DNA of 64,000 nt from Mycobacteriales bacterium (GTDB lineage: Bacteria; Actinomycetota; Actinomycetes; JAFAQI01), in assembly GCA_035550055.1 (NCBI GenBank), contig DASZRO010000018.1, forward strand, positions 94,743 to 158,742, written 5' to 3'. A model generated the notes under the pieces. It was given only the letters and a program-made list of their open reading frames with translations. It searched no databases and was not told where the DNA came from. Of the stretch, positions 45,589-56,921 are shown one piece after another. Every line of letters begins with the position of its first letter. Position 1 is the first letter of the stretch. The translations under genes were made by a program, and so were the position numbers.

Positions 45589-46134
45589 CTAGTCGTGCCA
45601 GGAGGCGGTCAGGATCAAGGTGAGCCCGCTGAAGGTGATGCCGGCGGCGGAGTCCGGCACGACCCGCTGGATCCCGGAGAACTCGCCGGCCAGGTGCTGC
45701 GCGGCGGCATGCAGACCCGGCGCGTAGTACAGCGTGGTCAGTGACGAGGCGCCGCTGACGTTGCCGACGTCGATCACGGTCCAGCCGCGCGCCTGGATCT
45801 CCTCGGCGACGTGATGGGCCAAGCCGGTGATCGTGGTGCTGTTGTAGACCCGCACCGGCGCCATGGCGGTCTGATCGGGCTTGGGCTTCGGCTTGGCCGC
45901 AGGCGCGGTGTGCCGGGCCGGTGGACTCGCCGGGCGACTCGCGGTCGGGGTCGGACCAGCGCTGCTCGCGGTCACCGTGGGCGTCGGGTCGGGTGTCAGT
46001 GTCGGCGTCGTCGCCGCCGTGACCACGCCGGGACCGGGGCCCTTGCCCGACGAGTGGCCGTTTACCTTGTACACGACGAGGACGACGGCAGCGACCGCCA
46101 CGACGGCAACCACCGGCGCGACGAGGCGCACCAT
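45589..46134 (-). CDS. LytR_C (LytR cell-envelope C-terminal) domain membrane-anchored protein
   Basis: N-terminal TM helix, a Pro/Thr-rich linker, and a C-terminal LytR_C-like block (VRVYNSTTITGLAHHVAEEIQARGWTV). Confidence 0.65.
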   Translation of the reverse strand: MVRLVAPVVAVVAVAAVVLVVYKVNGHSSGKGPGPGVVTAATTPTLTPDPTPTVTASSAGPTPTASRPASPPARHTAPAAKPKPKPDQTAMAPVRVYNSTTITGLAHHVAEEIQARGWTVIDVGNVSGASSLTTLYYAPGLHAAAQHLAGEFSGIQRVVPDSAAGITFSGLTLILTASWHD

Positions 46135-46227
46135 GACCCTGCGAACGGCGCTCGGCGGCGCGCGATGCCTACCGACCCACGGCCCTTTCGAGCCCGAGCC
46201 CCGCGGTGCGATGGCGAAAGCCTTGGG

Positions 46228-46521
46228 TCAGGCCTCGAAGCCGAGGCGGCGCGCCGAACGCTGACGCTGCCGGGCAGCCCGCATCCGGCGCAGCCGCTTG
46301 ACCAGCATCGGGTCGGCAGCCAGCGCCTCCGGCCGGTCGAGCAGGGCGTTGAGGACCTGGTAGTAGCGCGTGGCCGACATGTCGAACAGGTCGCGGATCG
46401 CCTGCTCCTTGGCTCCGGCGTACTTCCACCACTGCCGCTCGAACTCCAGAATCGCGCTGTCGCGCTCAGAGAGCTCGCCGTTGGCGGGTTCGCGGTCAGA
46501 GACCGCTCCAACAACGCTCAT
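46228..46521 (-). CDS. DUF3263 domain protein
   Basis: 97 aa matching the conserved actinobacterial DUF3263 pattern (LSERDSAILEFERQWWKYAGAKEQAIRDLF). Confidence 0.65.
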   Translation of the reverse strand: MSVVGAVSDREPANGELSERDSAILEFERQWWKYAGAKEQAIRDLFDMSATRYYQVLNALLDRPEALAADPMLVKRLRRMRAARQRQRSARRLGFEA

Positions 46522-46607
46522 GGCAGACTCCTGCGATCGTTCGGCGCCGAACTACAGCGATGTCATTCTGGCACGCCTGGGCTCACAGGTCACGCAACAG
46601 GGGCCCG

Positions 46608-47879
46608 TCACGGGTAGAGACCGCGGATCTGATGCGCCTCCGCCACCCGCCCGACGGCGATGATCTGCGCCGCGATCCGCTTGGACACCCCCCGTTCGCG
46701 CGCCACGGCGGCGACGTCGGCGTACGAGCGCTCCATGATCGCCTTCATCCGGTTGACCACCTCTTGCTCGGACCACCAGTACACCTGGATGTCCTGCACC
46801 CACTCGAAGTAGGACACCGCCACCCCGCCCGAGTTGGCCAGGATGTCGGGTACGACGACGGTGCCCTTGCTCTCGAGCACCGCGTCCGCGTCGGGCGTGG
46901 TCGGGCCGTTGGCGCCCTCGACCACGAACCGCGCCTTGATCGCGTCGGCGTTGCCGTTGTGGATCACGCCTTCGAGCGCTGCCGGCACGAGTACGTCGAC
47001 GTCGAGGGTCAGCAGGTCCTCGTTGGTGATCGAGTCCGTGCCCGGATAGCCCGCGACCGTGGCCAGCCCGCCGCGGACGTCGCGGAGCATCGCGGCGGGA
47101 TCGAGTCCGGCCGCGTTGTAGGCACCGCCCCCCACATCGGAGACCGCGACCACCTTGCAGCCGGCTTCCTGAAGGAACTGTGCGGCCAGCCCCCCGACCT
47201 TGCCGAAGCCCTGCACCGCGACGGTCGCGCCGACCGGGTCGACGCCCGCCTCGCGCAGCGCTGCGAAGACCGCGATCTGCACCCCACGGCTGGTCGCACC
47301 GCCGCGGCCTTCGGACCCGCCGACGCTGAGCGGCTTGCCGGTGACCACCCCAGGGGTGGTGTAGCCCTTCTGCACCGAGAAGGTGTCCATGAACCACGCC
47401 ATGGTCTGCTCGTCGGTGCCGACGTCAGGCGCCGGGATGTCCTTTTCCGGACCGACGATCGGGAACAGCTCGCTGGCGTAACGCCGCGTCACCCGTTCCA
47501 GCTCGTAGTGGCTGTAACGGCGCGGGTCGATCGTGACGCCGCCCTTGGCGCCGCCGTACGGGATGCCGATCAACGCGCACTTCCAGGTCATCCACATCGC
47601 GAGGGCGCGCACCTCGTCGATGTCGGTGGACGGGTGATAGCGGATCCCGCCCTTGGCCGGGCCCCGCGCGTCGTTGTGCTGGACGCGATAGCCGCGCAGT
47701 ACCTCTACGTTGCCGTCGTCTCGGCGCAGCGGAATGGCCACCGTCAGCTCACGCCGAGGCGTCGCGAGCGTCCGGTACATCCCGTCGTCGAGCCCGAGGT
47801 GCTTGACCGCCTCCGCGAGCTGCAGCTGCGCCGACTGCCACGCCGACTGCCGGACCGGTTGGGACGTCTGATCGGCCAC
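46608..47879 (-). CDS. gdh: NAD(P)-specific glutamate dehydrogenase (Glu/Leu/Phe/Val dehydrogenase family)
   Basis: KGGIRYHP, GGAKGGV and the GxGxxG NAD domain. GTG start. Confidence 0.88.
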   Translation of the reverse strand: MADQTSQPVRQSAWQSAQLQLAEAVKHLGLDDGMYRTLATPRRELTVAIPLRRDDGNVEVLRGYRVQHNDARGPAKGGIRYHPSTDIDEVRALAMWMTWKCALIGIPYGGAKGGVTIDPRRYSHYELERVTRRYASELFPIVGPEKDIPAPDVGTDEQTMAWFMDTFSVQKGYTTPGVVTGKPLSVGGSEGRGGATSRGVQIAVFAALREAGVDPVGATVAVQGFGKVGGLAAQFLQEAGCKVVAVSDVGGGAYNAAGLDPAAMLRDVRGGLATVAGYPGTDSITNEDLLTLDVDVLVPAALEGVIHNGNADAIKARFVVEGANGPTTPDADAVLESKGTVVVPDILANSGGVAVSYFEWVQDIQVYWWSEQEVVNRMKAIMERSYADVAAVARERGVSKRIAAQIIAVGRVAEAHQIRGLYP

Positions 47880-47909
47880 GGGCTCATCCTGCCACCGACG
47901 ACAGCACCG

Positions 47910-47982
47910 AGCCCCGTGTCCGGATTGAACGGACGACCGCTCGCTTACAAGGCGAGTGCTCTACCACTGAGCTAACGGGGCA
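47910..47982 (-). tRNA. tRNA-Thr (anticodon UGU)
   Basis: Cloverleaf read on the minus strand: GCCCCGT-TA-GCTC-AGTGGT-AGAGC-A-CTCGC-CTTGTAA-GCGAG-CGGTC-GTCCG-TTCAATC-CGGAC-ACGGGGC-T. No encoded CCA. Confidence 0.85.
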
Positions 47983-47995
47983 AGCGCCCCAAGGT

Positions 47996-48162
47996 TAGGG
48001 AATCACTGATCCATGCATGTCCTGCTGCGCGTCGCCCGGATCGACGGCTGGACCGCGTTGTCGTCGTCGGCGGTAGCGCTGCTACCGCGCTCCTCCTCCG
48101 CCTTGCCAGCCGCCGCCCGGATCGCCGCTCGCGACGGACGGCATTAATCAGTGATTCCCTAG
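47996..48162. repeat. 167 bp segment bounded by 16 bp inverted repeats TTAGGGAATCACTGAT / ATCAGTGATTCCCTAG, containing a 44-codon ORF
   Basis: Inverted repeats read directly (15/16 match). The ORF ATG (about 48014) through TAA (about 48147) fits exactly between them. Lower GC than the surroundings. Confidence 0.7.
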
Positions 48163-48209
48163 AGCGCGGCGGCTGCCAACCGAATCGGCGCTTCGAGAGT
48201 CTTCTGTGC

Positions 48210-49799
48210 ATGCCGGGGGTGCCGCTGACTCGTCGGCGGGCGCTCGGCCTGCTGGCGGGGACGGGAGCGGCGGGCGTCCTCGCCGCGTGCAGTGGCGGCT
48301 CCGGCCGGCCGGTGGCGCCGAGCGGTACGCGGGCCCCGACACCGACGCCCAAGCCGCCGAGCGCCCCCGCCACCGCAGCCGCCACCGACTGGCGGGCGCT
48401 GCGACAGGCCATGACCGGTGAGCTGCGACGGCGTGGTGAGGCGGGGTACGAGGAGGCTTCCCTGCTCTTCGACCCCCGCTTCGACCACGTCCGCCCGGCG
48501 GCCGTCGCGACGGTCGCGACCGAGAGCGACGTCGCGGCATGCGTCGCGTTCGCGCACCGGTTCGGTCTGCCGCTGTCGATCAGGTCCGGCGGCCACTCCT
48601 ACATCGGTGCCTCCACCGGACCCGGGCTGGTGATCGACCTGCGTGGGCTGCACGACATCGACGTCGGCGACGGCACCGCGACGATCGGCGCCGGCGCGGC
48701 GCTGGTCGACGTGTACGCCGGCCTCGCTGCGCAGGGTGTCGCGATCCCTGCGGGGTCCTGCCCGTCCGTCGGGTTGTCCGGGCTGGCACTCGGCGGCGGG
48801 GTCGGAGTCGTCACCCGCAAGTACGGCCTGACCTGTGACCGGATCGCCGCCGCCCGGGTAATCACCGCCGACAGCACGGCGCAGACCGTCGACGCCGACC
48901 ACGACGGCGAGCTCTTCTGGGCACTGCGCGGCGGCGGTGGCAGCTTCGGCGTGGTGACCTCGCTGACCGTGCAGACCCATCCGACCGAAGCGCTCTCGCA
49001 CGCCTTCCTGGTCTGGCCGTGGTCGGCGGCCGCCGACGTGGTGAGCGCCTGGCAGGCGTTCGCCGTCGCGGCGCCCCGCGAGCTGTGGTCGGCCTGCCAC
49101 GTCCTCGCGCCCGACACCAAGTCGGCCGGCCCGAACGTGTCGGTCGTCGCGGTCCACGTCGGTCCGAGCAGCGCCCTGTCGGGCCACCTCGACAGCTTGC
49201 TTGCCGCGGTGCCGCTCGCGCCGACGACCCGCTCGATCACCGACGACGACTACGAGTCGACGATGCTGCTCGAAGCGGGGTGCGCCGACCTCACGCTCGC
49301 GCAATGCCACGTCGGCGCCGAGACGCCGGGCGGCACGCTGCCGCGCGCGGCGTTCCTCGGCGCCTCGGACTACTTCCACGACCCGATCCCCGCGGCAGGC
49401 ATCGCGGCGATGGTGCAAGCCGTCGAACGCCGCGCGGCCGATCCACTCCTCGGCAACGGCGGCGTGTCGCTCGACGCGCTCGGCGGCGCGGTCGACGACC
49501 TCGCCCCCGACGCCACGGCGTACGTCCATCGGGGTGCGCTGTTCAACGCGCAGTACACGGCGGGATGGCGCGGCGGCGGCGATGCAGCGCTGGCCCGCAA
49601 CCGGTCGTCGCTGGCCGCGATTCATGCGACGCTGCGGCCCTACGGCACCGGCCAGGCGTACCAGAACTACGCGGACGCGACGCTGGTCGACCCGCAGCGG
49701 GCGTACTACGGCGCGAACCTGCCGCGGCTGGTCGAAGTCAAACGGAGCTACGACCGGCGCAACGTCTTCGACCAACCTCAGGGCATCAAGCCCCGGTGA
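48210..49799 (+). CDS. Tat-secreted lipoprotein, FAD-linked oxidoreductase of the BBE/VAO family
   Basis: Twin-arginine signal TRRRALGLLAGTGAAGVLAAC. FAD_binding_4 with the covalent-His motif RSGGHSY, and a BBE-like C-terminus. Confidence 0.85.
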   Translation: MPGVPLTRRRALGLLAGTGAAGVLAACSGGSGRPVAPSGTRAPTPTPKPPSAPATAAATDWRALRQAMTGELRRRGEAGYEEASLLFDPRFDHVRPAAVATVATESDVAACVAFAHRFGLPLSIRSGGHSYIGASTGPGLVIDLRGLHDIDVGDGTATIGAGAALVDVYAGLAAQGVAIPAGSCPSVGLSGLALGGGVGVVTRKYGLTCDRIAAARVITADSTAQTVDADHDGELFWALRGGGGSFGVVTSLTVQTHPTEALSHAFLVWPWSAAADVVSAWQAFAVAAPRELWSACHVLAPDTKSAGPNVSVVAVHVGPSSALSGHLDSLLAAVPLAPTTRSITDDDYESTMLLEAGCADLTLAQCHVGAETPGGTLPRAAFLGASDYFHDPIPAAGIAAMVQAVERRAADPLLGNGGVSLDALGGAVDDLAPDATAYVHRGALFNAQYTAGWRGGGDAALARNRSSLAAIHATLRPYGTGQAYQNYADATLVDPQRAYYGANLPRLVEVKRSYDRRNVFDQPQGIKPR

Positions 49800-50462
49800 T
49801 CACGACGCGTCAGCGATCTCCCGCGCCCGCAGGTGACCGTCGAGCTTGCGCTTGATCCGCTGCAGCGCGTTGTCGATCGACTTCACGTGCCGGTCGAGCA
49901 CCGCCGCGATCTCGTGGTAGCTCTTGCCGTCGATGTAGAGCCGCAGCACCTCGGCTTCGAGGTCGGACAGCGCCGCGTCGAAGTGGGCCTGCAGCGCCCG
50001 GATCCGCTCGGCGGAGATCACCAGGTCGGCTGGGTCGCAGACCGCGGTCATCGGGAGTACGTCGGCGAGCGTGCGGTCCCCGTCCTCGTCAGCGACGACC
50101 GGGCGGGAGAACGAGACGTAGTTGTTCAGCGGTCCGTGCTTCTGGCGGGTCGCGGTCTTGATCGCGGTGATGATCTGGCGGGTCACGCAGAGCTCGGCGA
50201 AGGCGCGAAAGCTCGACGTGAGCTCCGGGTTGAAGTCGCGGATCGCCTTGTAGAGGCCGATCATGCCCTCCTGGACGATGTCCTCGTGGTCGGCCCCGAC
50301 CAGGAAGTAGGAGCGTGCCTTCGACCGGGCGAAGCCGCGGTACTTGGTGAGCAGGTCGCTGAGTGCGTAGTCGTCGCCCGCCCGGGCGGCGGCGACGAGC
50401 GCGTCGTCGTCGTCCTCACGGCGTGCCACGGGCGCAACCGGGTGCACCCTCGCTGAACGCAT
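49800..50462 (-). CDS. RNA polymerase sigma factor, Bacillus SigH (Spo0H)-like sigma-70 family
   Basis: Regions 2-4 (KARSYFLVGADHEDIVQEGMIGLYKAIRDF, FAELCVTRQIITAIKTATRQKH, RHVKSIDNALQRIKRKL) are almost identical to B. subtilis SigH. Confidence 0.8.
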   Translation of the reverse strand: MRSARVHPVAPVARREDDDDALVAAARAGDDYALSDLLTKYRGFARSKARSYFLVGADHEDIVQEGMIGLYKAIRDFNPELTSSFRAFAELCVTRQIITAIKTATRQKHGPLNNYVSFSRPVVADEDGDRTLADVLPMTAVCDPADLVISAERIRALQAHFDAALSDLEAEVLRLYIDGKSYHEIAAVLDRHVKSIDNALQRIKRKLDGHLRAREIADAS

Positions 50463-50726
50463 AGGTCAGGCCTCTCAACGCTGGGCAACTGGCACGACCA
50501 GTGACGAATCGTAGGTTCGTGACCGGCCGGTGAACATCGGGCCTCGTCACAACAACGAGCGAGCGACCTTGGAGTTGCGGGCGGATAAATCCGACTTTTC
50601 GGACAAAACCCTGTGACCCGGGTCTCACCGGGAAAATGCCCCTCGTCGCGTCTCACAAGATCGGCGAGGAAAACCGGCCGCGCCGGCCGGCCCTACCGGG
50701 CCCGCTGCACCGAGCGCTGACCGCCC

Positions 50727-51656
50727 TCAGCCGCGCCGGCGACGGGCCACTTCGGCGAGTGCGATCCCGGCGGCGACCGAGGCGTTGAGCGACTCCACCG
50801 GCCCGGCCAGCGGGATCCGCAGGGTGAGGTCGCAGCGCTCCCGGACCAGTCGCGACAGCCCCGCGCCCTCGGCGCCGACCACCACGACCAGGGGCCCGGT
50901 CGCCAGCTCGAAGCCGTCGAGGTCGAGCTCGCCCCGGCCGTCGAGACCGACGACCATCAGCCCGGCGTCGGCGTACGACGTGAGCGCCCGGACCAGGTTC
51001 GTCGCGCGAGCGACCGGCAACCGGGCGAGCGCCCCCGCGCTCGCCTTCCACGCCGACGGCGTCACCCCCACCGACCTGCGCTGCGGCAGCAGCACGCCGT
51101 GGGCGCCGAACGCCGCAGCCGAGCGCACCACCGCGCCGAGGTTGTGCGGGTCCGTCACCCCGTCGAGTGCCACGACGAGCGGCGCATCGGTCGACTCGAG
51201 CACCCGGCGCAGCAAGTCGTCGGGATGGGCGTAGTCGAACGGACGCACCGCGAGCGCGATGCCTTGGTGCGCAGCGCCGCCACTGAGCCGGTCGAGCTCC
51301 GGGCGGCCGGTCTCGATGATCGCGATCTCGTGCTCCTTGGCCAGCCGGGCCGCCTCGATCAGCCGATCGTCGCGGTCCAGGCCTGACGCGAGGTACATCG
51401 TCGTGGCCGGCACCGCGGCGCGCAGCGCCTCGACGACCGCGTTGCGGCCGGCGACCACGTCCGCGGCGCCCTCGCGGCGACGGGTGTCCTGGCGGGCCGG
51501 GCGCGGCTGGGCCGTCGCTCGCTTGGCCGCCGCCCGGGCCCGGCGAGCGGCCGGATGCTTCGTCCGGTCCTCTGCCTTCGGGGTCGGGCCGCGGCCCTGC
51601 AGCTTGCGACGGCCGTGACCTCCGGTGCCGCTGGTCGGACCCTTCTTGCTCGCCAC
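50727..51656 (-). CDS. rlmB: 23S rRNA (guanosine-2'-O)-methyltransferase RlmB (SpoU/TrmH family)
   Basis: Lys/Arg-rich N-terminus, a SpoU substrate-binding domain, and SPOUT motifs ([40 protein letters not shown]). Confidence 0.85.
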   Translation of the reverse strand: MASKKGPTSGTGGHGRRKLQGRGPTPKAEDRTKHPAARRARAAAKRATAQPRPARQDTRRREGAADVVAGRNAVVEALRAAVPATTMYLASGLDRDDRLIEAARLAKEHEIAIIETGRPELDRLSGGAAHQGIALAVRPFDYAHPDDLLRRVLESTDAPLVVALDGVTDPHNLGAVVRSAAAFGAHGVLLPQRRSVGVTPSAWKASAGALARLPVARATNLVRALTSYADAGLMVVGLDGRGELDLDGFELATGPLVVVVGAEGAGLSRLVRERCDLTLRIPLAGPVESLNASVAAGIALAEVARRRRG

Positions 51657-51660
51657 GGCG

Positions 51661-53037
<1,377 letters not shown>

Positions 53038-53056
53038 CGACCCACCCTATTGATCC

Positions 53057-53115
53057 GCCGAGCCCAACGTTGTTGGTCTTTCGCGGCGCCCGAAAGACCA
53101 AAAAGGTTGGGCTCG
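53057..53115. repeat. second copy of the long hairpin repeat GAGCCCAACGTTGTTGGTCTTTCG-7nt-CGAAAGACCAAAAAGGTTGGGCTC
   Basis: Read directly. Shares CCGCCGAGCCCAACGTTGTTGGTCT with the copy at 33211-33270. Confidence 0.75.
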
Positions 53116-53119
53116 ACGC

Positions 53120-53629
53120 TTAGACGGCGACGAGGAGGGCGGTGGCGATGGCCGCGAGGCCCTCGCCGCGACCGGTCAGCCCGAGACCGTCGGTGGTCGT
53201 CGCCGACACCGAGACCGGCGCCCCGATGGCACTGGACAGGGCAGCCTCCGCCTCGACGCGGCGGGAGCCGAGCTTGGGCGTCTCGCCGATCAGCTGCACC
53301 GCGACGTTGCCGATCGCCCAACCCGCCACGATGAGCCGGCGGGCGGTCTCGGTCAGCAGCGCCACGCCGGAGGCGCCCGCCCACCGGGGATCCCCGGTCC
53401 CGAACTGTGCGCCGAGGTCGCCCATGCCCGCCGCCGACAGCAACGCGTCGCACGCGGCGTGCGCGACGACGTCCCCGTCCGAATGACCGGCGAGCCCTCG
53501 CTCGCCCGGCCAGGCCAGCCCGGCGAGAGCGAGCGGACGATCGTCGGCGAACGGATGCACGTCGACCCCGATGCCGATTCGGGGTACGCCGGCCAACGCC
53601 TGGTTGAGCGGGACGACCTCCTCGCTCAT
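53120..53629 (-). CDS. ispF: 2-C-methyl-D-erythritol 2,4-cyclodiphosphate synthase
   Basis: [20 protein letters not shown] and the full IspF fold. 169 aa. Confidence 0.9.
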   Translation of the reverse strand: MSEEVVPLNQALAGVPRIGIGVDVHPFADDRPLALAGLAWPGERGLAGHSDGDVVAHAACDALLSAAGMGDLGAQFGTGDPRWAGASGVALLTETARRLIVAGWAIGNVAVQLIGETPKLGSRRVEAEAALSSAIGAPVSVSATTTDGLGLTGRGEGLAAIATALLVAV

Positions 53630-54750
53630 GCTCCTGCCTTGGCCGCCGGCGCCGGCCCGGTCACGTCCCCGAAGACCAGACGCCCGTTGGCGGTCACGAC
53701 CACACTGCTGATGCGCACCGTCACATCCTTGCCGACCAGCGAGCGACCTCGCTCGACCACGACCATCGTGCCGTCGTCGAGATACCCGACACCCTGTCCC
53801 GCCTCACGCCCGGGCTTCGTGACCTGGACGGTCACGTCCTCGCCGACCACCACCGGTGGGCGCAGCGCGAGGGAGAGGGCGTGGAAGTTGAGGACGGCAA
53901 CCCCGGAGATCGCGGCCGACTTCGCCAGGTTCGAGTCCAGCGTGAGCAACGCGTAGTCGAGGTCGAGGCAGGTCCGGACCAGCTTCTCGTCGACGGCGTC
54001 GACCTCGGGCTGCGGGTCGGGGATCACGTCGAGGTCCACGAACGGCTCACGACGCAGCGTCTCCAGGACCTCGATGCCGCGCCGGCCGCGGCTGCGGCGG
54101 GTCGGGTCCGAGGTCTTGACGAGCCGATCGAGCTCGTCGAGCACAGGCTGAATCACGACGAACCGGCCGTGGACGAACCCGGCGCGGACCACGTCGACGA
54201 TCCGCCCGTCGATCGCCACCGAGGTGTCGACCAGCTTCACCAGCGCGGAGCCCGAGACCCGCCGCGGCATGACCCCGGTGCGGAACCCGATGACCCCGAG
54301 CACCTCGTCGCGCTTGGCGGCGCCCACTCGGAAGCCGACGTAGGCGAGCAGTACGACGACGATGCTGAACAGCGACACCGCAAGGGCGAGCCCTGGGATG
54401 AAGAACAGCGGCCAGCCGGTGACCACGCCGATGAGCGCACCGACCAGCGCACCGAAGCTGCCGGCGACAAGGGTGTCGGCCGAGACCTCACGCAGGACCG
54501 CCTCGGTGCGGTCCGCGGTGGTCGCGGCGGTTCGCCCGAGGATGCCGCCGACGACGTACCCGACCCCCGAGCCGACGATGACGCCGAGCCCGGCGCCGCG
54601 GAACGGGCCGATCGAGACGTTGTGCAGATGGCGCGAGCTGACCTGGCCGACCTCGACCCCGAGGCCGATGAAGAACACGACCGTGAGCAGCCGCAGTACC
54701 TCGACAAGGCTGTTCGGGGTACGGCGGCTCGGCACGCGGGTCCGGCTCAC
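53626..54750 (-). CDS. membrane-anchored PIN plus TRAM domain protein (YacL-like)
   Basis: N-terminal TM helices, a PIN domain ([15 protein letters not shown]), and a C-terminal TRAM beta-barrel. 4 nt overlap with ispF. Confidence 0.7.
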   Translation of the reverse strand: MSRTRVPSRRTPNSLVEVLRLLTVVFFIGLGVEVGQVSSRHLHNVSIGPFRGAGLGVIVGSGVGYVVGGILGRTAATTADRTEAVLREVSADTLVAGSFGALVGALIGVVTGWPLFFIPGLALAVSLFSIVVVLLAYVGFRVGAAKRDEVLGVIGFRTGVMPRRVSGSALVKLVDTSVAIDGRIVDVVRAGFVHGRFVVIQPVLDELDRLVKTSDPTRRSRGRRGIEVLETLRREPFVDLDVIPDPQPEVDAVDEKLVRTCLDLDYALLTLDSNLAKSAAISGVAVLNFHALSLALRPPVVVGEDVTVQVTKPGREAGQGVGYLDDGTMVVVERGRSLVGKDVTVRISSVVVTANGRLVFGDVTGPAPAAKAGA

Positions 54751-54816
54751 CTAGCGATTCTCGGCCTCTCGGGCCCTCGCCACTTCACCCAGAAGGGCTA
54801 ATCAAGATCGCGGCGG

Positions 54817-55299
54817 CTAGCTGGCGAGGACCTCGTCCAGAATGGCTTCGGCCTTGTCCTCGTTGGTGCCTTCGGCGAGCGCGAGCTCGCTGACCAGGAT
54901 CTGGCGGGCCTTGGCGAGCATCCGCTTCTCGCCCGCCGACAGGCCGCGCTCCCGGTCCCGCCGCCACAGGTCGCGGACCACCTCGGCGACCTTGTTCACG
55001 TCACCCGATGCGATCTTCTCGACGTTGGCCTTGTACCGGCGCGACCAGTTCGTCGGCTCCTCGGTGTGGGGGGCCTTGAGGATCTCGAAGACCCGCTCCA
55101 GGCCGTCCGCGCCGACGACGTCACGGACCCCGACGTACTCGGCGTTGTCGGCGGGAACCCGGACCGTCAGGTCGCCCTGCGCAACCTTCAGGACGAGGTA
55201 GGTCTTCTCCTCGCCCTTGATGGTCCTGGTCTCGATTGCCTCGATGAGCGCCGCCCCGTGGTGGGGGTAAACGACAGTCTCGCCGACCGTGAACGTCAT
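54817..55299 (-). CDS. carD: RNA polymerase-binding transcription factor CarD
   Basis: [32 protein letters not shown].... 162 aa from the ATG at 55299. Confidence 0.9.
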   Translation of the reverse strand: MTFTVGETVVYPHHGAALIEAIETRTIKGEEKTYLVLKVAQGDLTVRVPADNAEYVGVRDVVGADGLERVFEILKAPHTEEPTNWSRRYKANVEKIASGDVNKVAEVVRDLWRRDRERGLSAGEKRMLAKARQILVSELALAEGTNEDKAEAILDEVLAS

Positions 55300-55429
55300 G
55301 CGCGTTGATCCCTTCGCTGACCTCCAGGATATCACGCAAAATCGCTGCCCCGACCGGCCGCCAAAGAGCAAAACCGCAGGTCAGAGGCCTGTTCTGCGCA
55401 AATCCAGGTCTTGACAGGACGTCCGGCAC

Positions 55430-56263
55430 GTGCATGTGCACAACGCTGGGGACGACCTCGATCTGGTGTGTTCAGGGTATGTCGCGACAGCGACATCGAG
55501 CGCATACTCGAACCCGATGCGGGACGACGACGACCGACCGGGTGAGGCGGCACATGCCGCTGATGAGAGCTGGGCGGACCTCGTCGTACCCGACGACATC
55601 TCCGAGCTGGCAGCCGACATCGCCGCCTACCACCGCGAGCTGCGGCGCGCCCGCCGGGGCCGGCGGTTCACCCGCTCGAATGCCCGCCGCGCGACCGGCC
55701 CGATCTTCGCGCTGGCCCTCGCCACCGCGTTGGCCGGCCTCGTGGCCTTGATGCTGACCGTGATGGCGCCGCAAGCCGTGCAACCGCCGTCGGCCGCGCC
55801 GCTGGCCGCCCCGACCGTTGCCGACGGCTCGGTCGGCGGGCTGCTGCCCGAGGTGACGTTGACCGGCCCGAACGGACCGGTCGACTCTCGCGCGGTTGCG
55901 TTGCGTCCGGCGGTGTTCGCTCTCGTGCCGGTCGGCTGTGCGTGCAAGGCGTTGCTCGATGGGCTCGGCGGGGAGGCGTACAGCGAAGGGCTACCGCTGG
56001 CCGTCGTCGTACCGTCCGCCAGCGACCCGAGCACAGCCGCGGTGGTCGCCTCGCTGGACCGCGGGGTGACGCTGTATCTCGACCCGAGCGCGGCGCTCGC
56101 GACCGCCGTGACCGGCAGCGCCGCGCCTGACCCGACCGCGATCTCGGCCACCGTCGTCGTCGTGAACAAGGACGGCACGATCTACGACATCGACCGCGAC
56201 GTCAGCAACGCCTCGCAGTCCTCACTGGAGGCGGAGCTGCAGAGCATGCTGGTGCGCCACTAG
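55430..56263 (+). CDS. hypothetical membrane-anchored protein
   Basis: Coding-frame ORF with one TM segment (IFALALATALAGLVALMLTV). No assignable domain. Start uncertain. Confidence 0.45.
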   Translation: MHVHNAGDDLDLVCSGYVATATSSAYSNPMRDDDDRPGEAAHAADESWADLVVPDDISELAADIAAYHRELRRARRGRRFTRSNARRATGPIFALALATALAGLVALMLTVMAPQAVQPPSAAPLAAPTVADGSVGGLLPEVTLTGPNGPVDSRAVALRPAVFALVPVGCACKALLDGLGGEAYSEGLPLAVVVPSASDPSTAAVVASLDRGVTLYLDPSAALATAVTGSAAPDPTAISATVVVVNKDGTIYDIDRDVSNASQSSLEAELQSMLVRH

Positions 56264-56357
56264 CGAGGTGGCGGGTCCGCCTCCGGCCTCGCACGGGCAC
56301 CTCAGTAGGCTGGCCGCGCCTGCCAAGTAGGCAACGCCGGACCGGAGGACTCGAGGA

Positions 56358-56921
56358 GTGTCTGTGATCGCGCGCCGTGCCACACAGCGCAGCATCGCCG
56401 CGGGCGCGCTCGCGCTCGTGCTGCCTGTCCTTGCCGGATGCGGCATGGAGGCCAAGGACGAGACGAGCAAGGAACACACCCAGATCCAGGCCGCGAGCAA
56501 CCACATCGGCGCGATCAAGATCCGCAACGCATTCCTCACGACGCTGCCCTCGGCGACGTCGGTCGACTCCGGCACGACCTACCTCGTGGTCACCCTCGTC
56601 AACGACGGCCGGACCCCGGACGCCCTCACGGGTGTCACCACGCCACTGGGCACCGCATCCCTTCAGGGCGGGCCGGTGACGCTGCCACCCGGAGTCGTCG
56701 TCTCGATCAGCGACCCGGAGCTCGACCCGAGCGCGACCACGCTCGCCGTCACTACGGCGACCGCGCCGACGGTGGGGACGACCGAGCCGGTGTCCTTCAG
56801 CTTCGCGACCGCGGGAACCACCGAGAACCTCGACGTACCGGTGGTCGCGCCCGGCGGCAGCCTCTCACCCGACCAGGTGATCCCGACCACCCAGGCCACG
56901 GTCGCCACCCCCATCGTCTGA
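56358..56921 (+). CDS. lipoprotein of unknown function
   Basis: Signal peptide plus lipobox LAGC. A Thr/Val-rich beta-rich body. Confidence 0.55.
   Translation: MSVIARRATQRSIAAGALALVLPVLAGCGMEAKDETSKEHTQIQAASNHIGAIKIRNAFLTTLPSATSVDSGTTYLVVTLVNDGRTPDALTGVTTPLGTASLQGGPVTLPPGVVVSISDPELDPSATTLAVTTATAPTVGTTEPVSFSFATAGTTENLDVPVVAPGGSLSPDQVIPTTQATVATPIV

Noticed and set aside
47910-48210. Integrative element at tRNA-Thr
   Set aside because: There is no integrase, no direct repeat of the tRNA 3' end, and the flanking genes are conserved housekeeping genes. Only a small IR-bounded segment is present, and that is reported as a finding.
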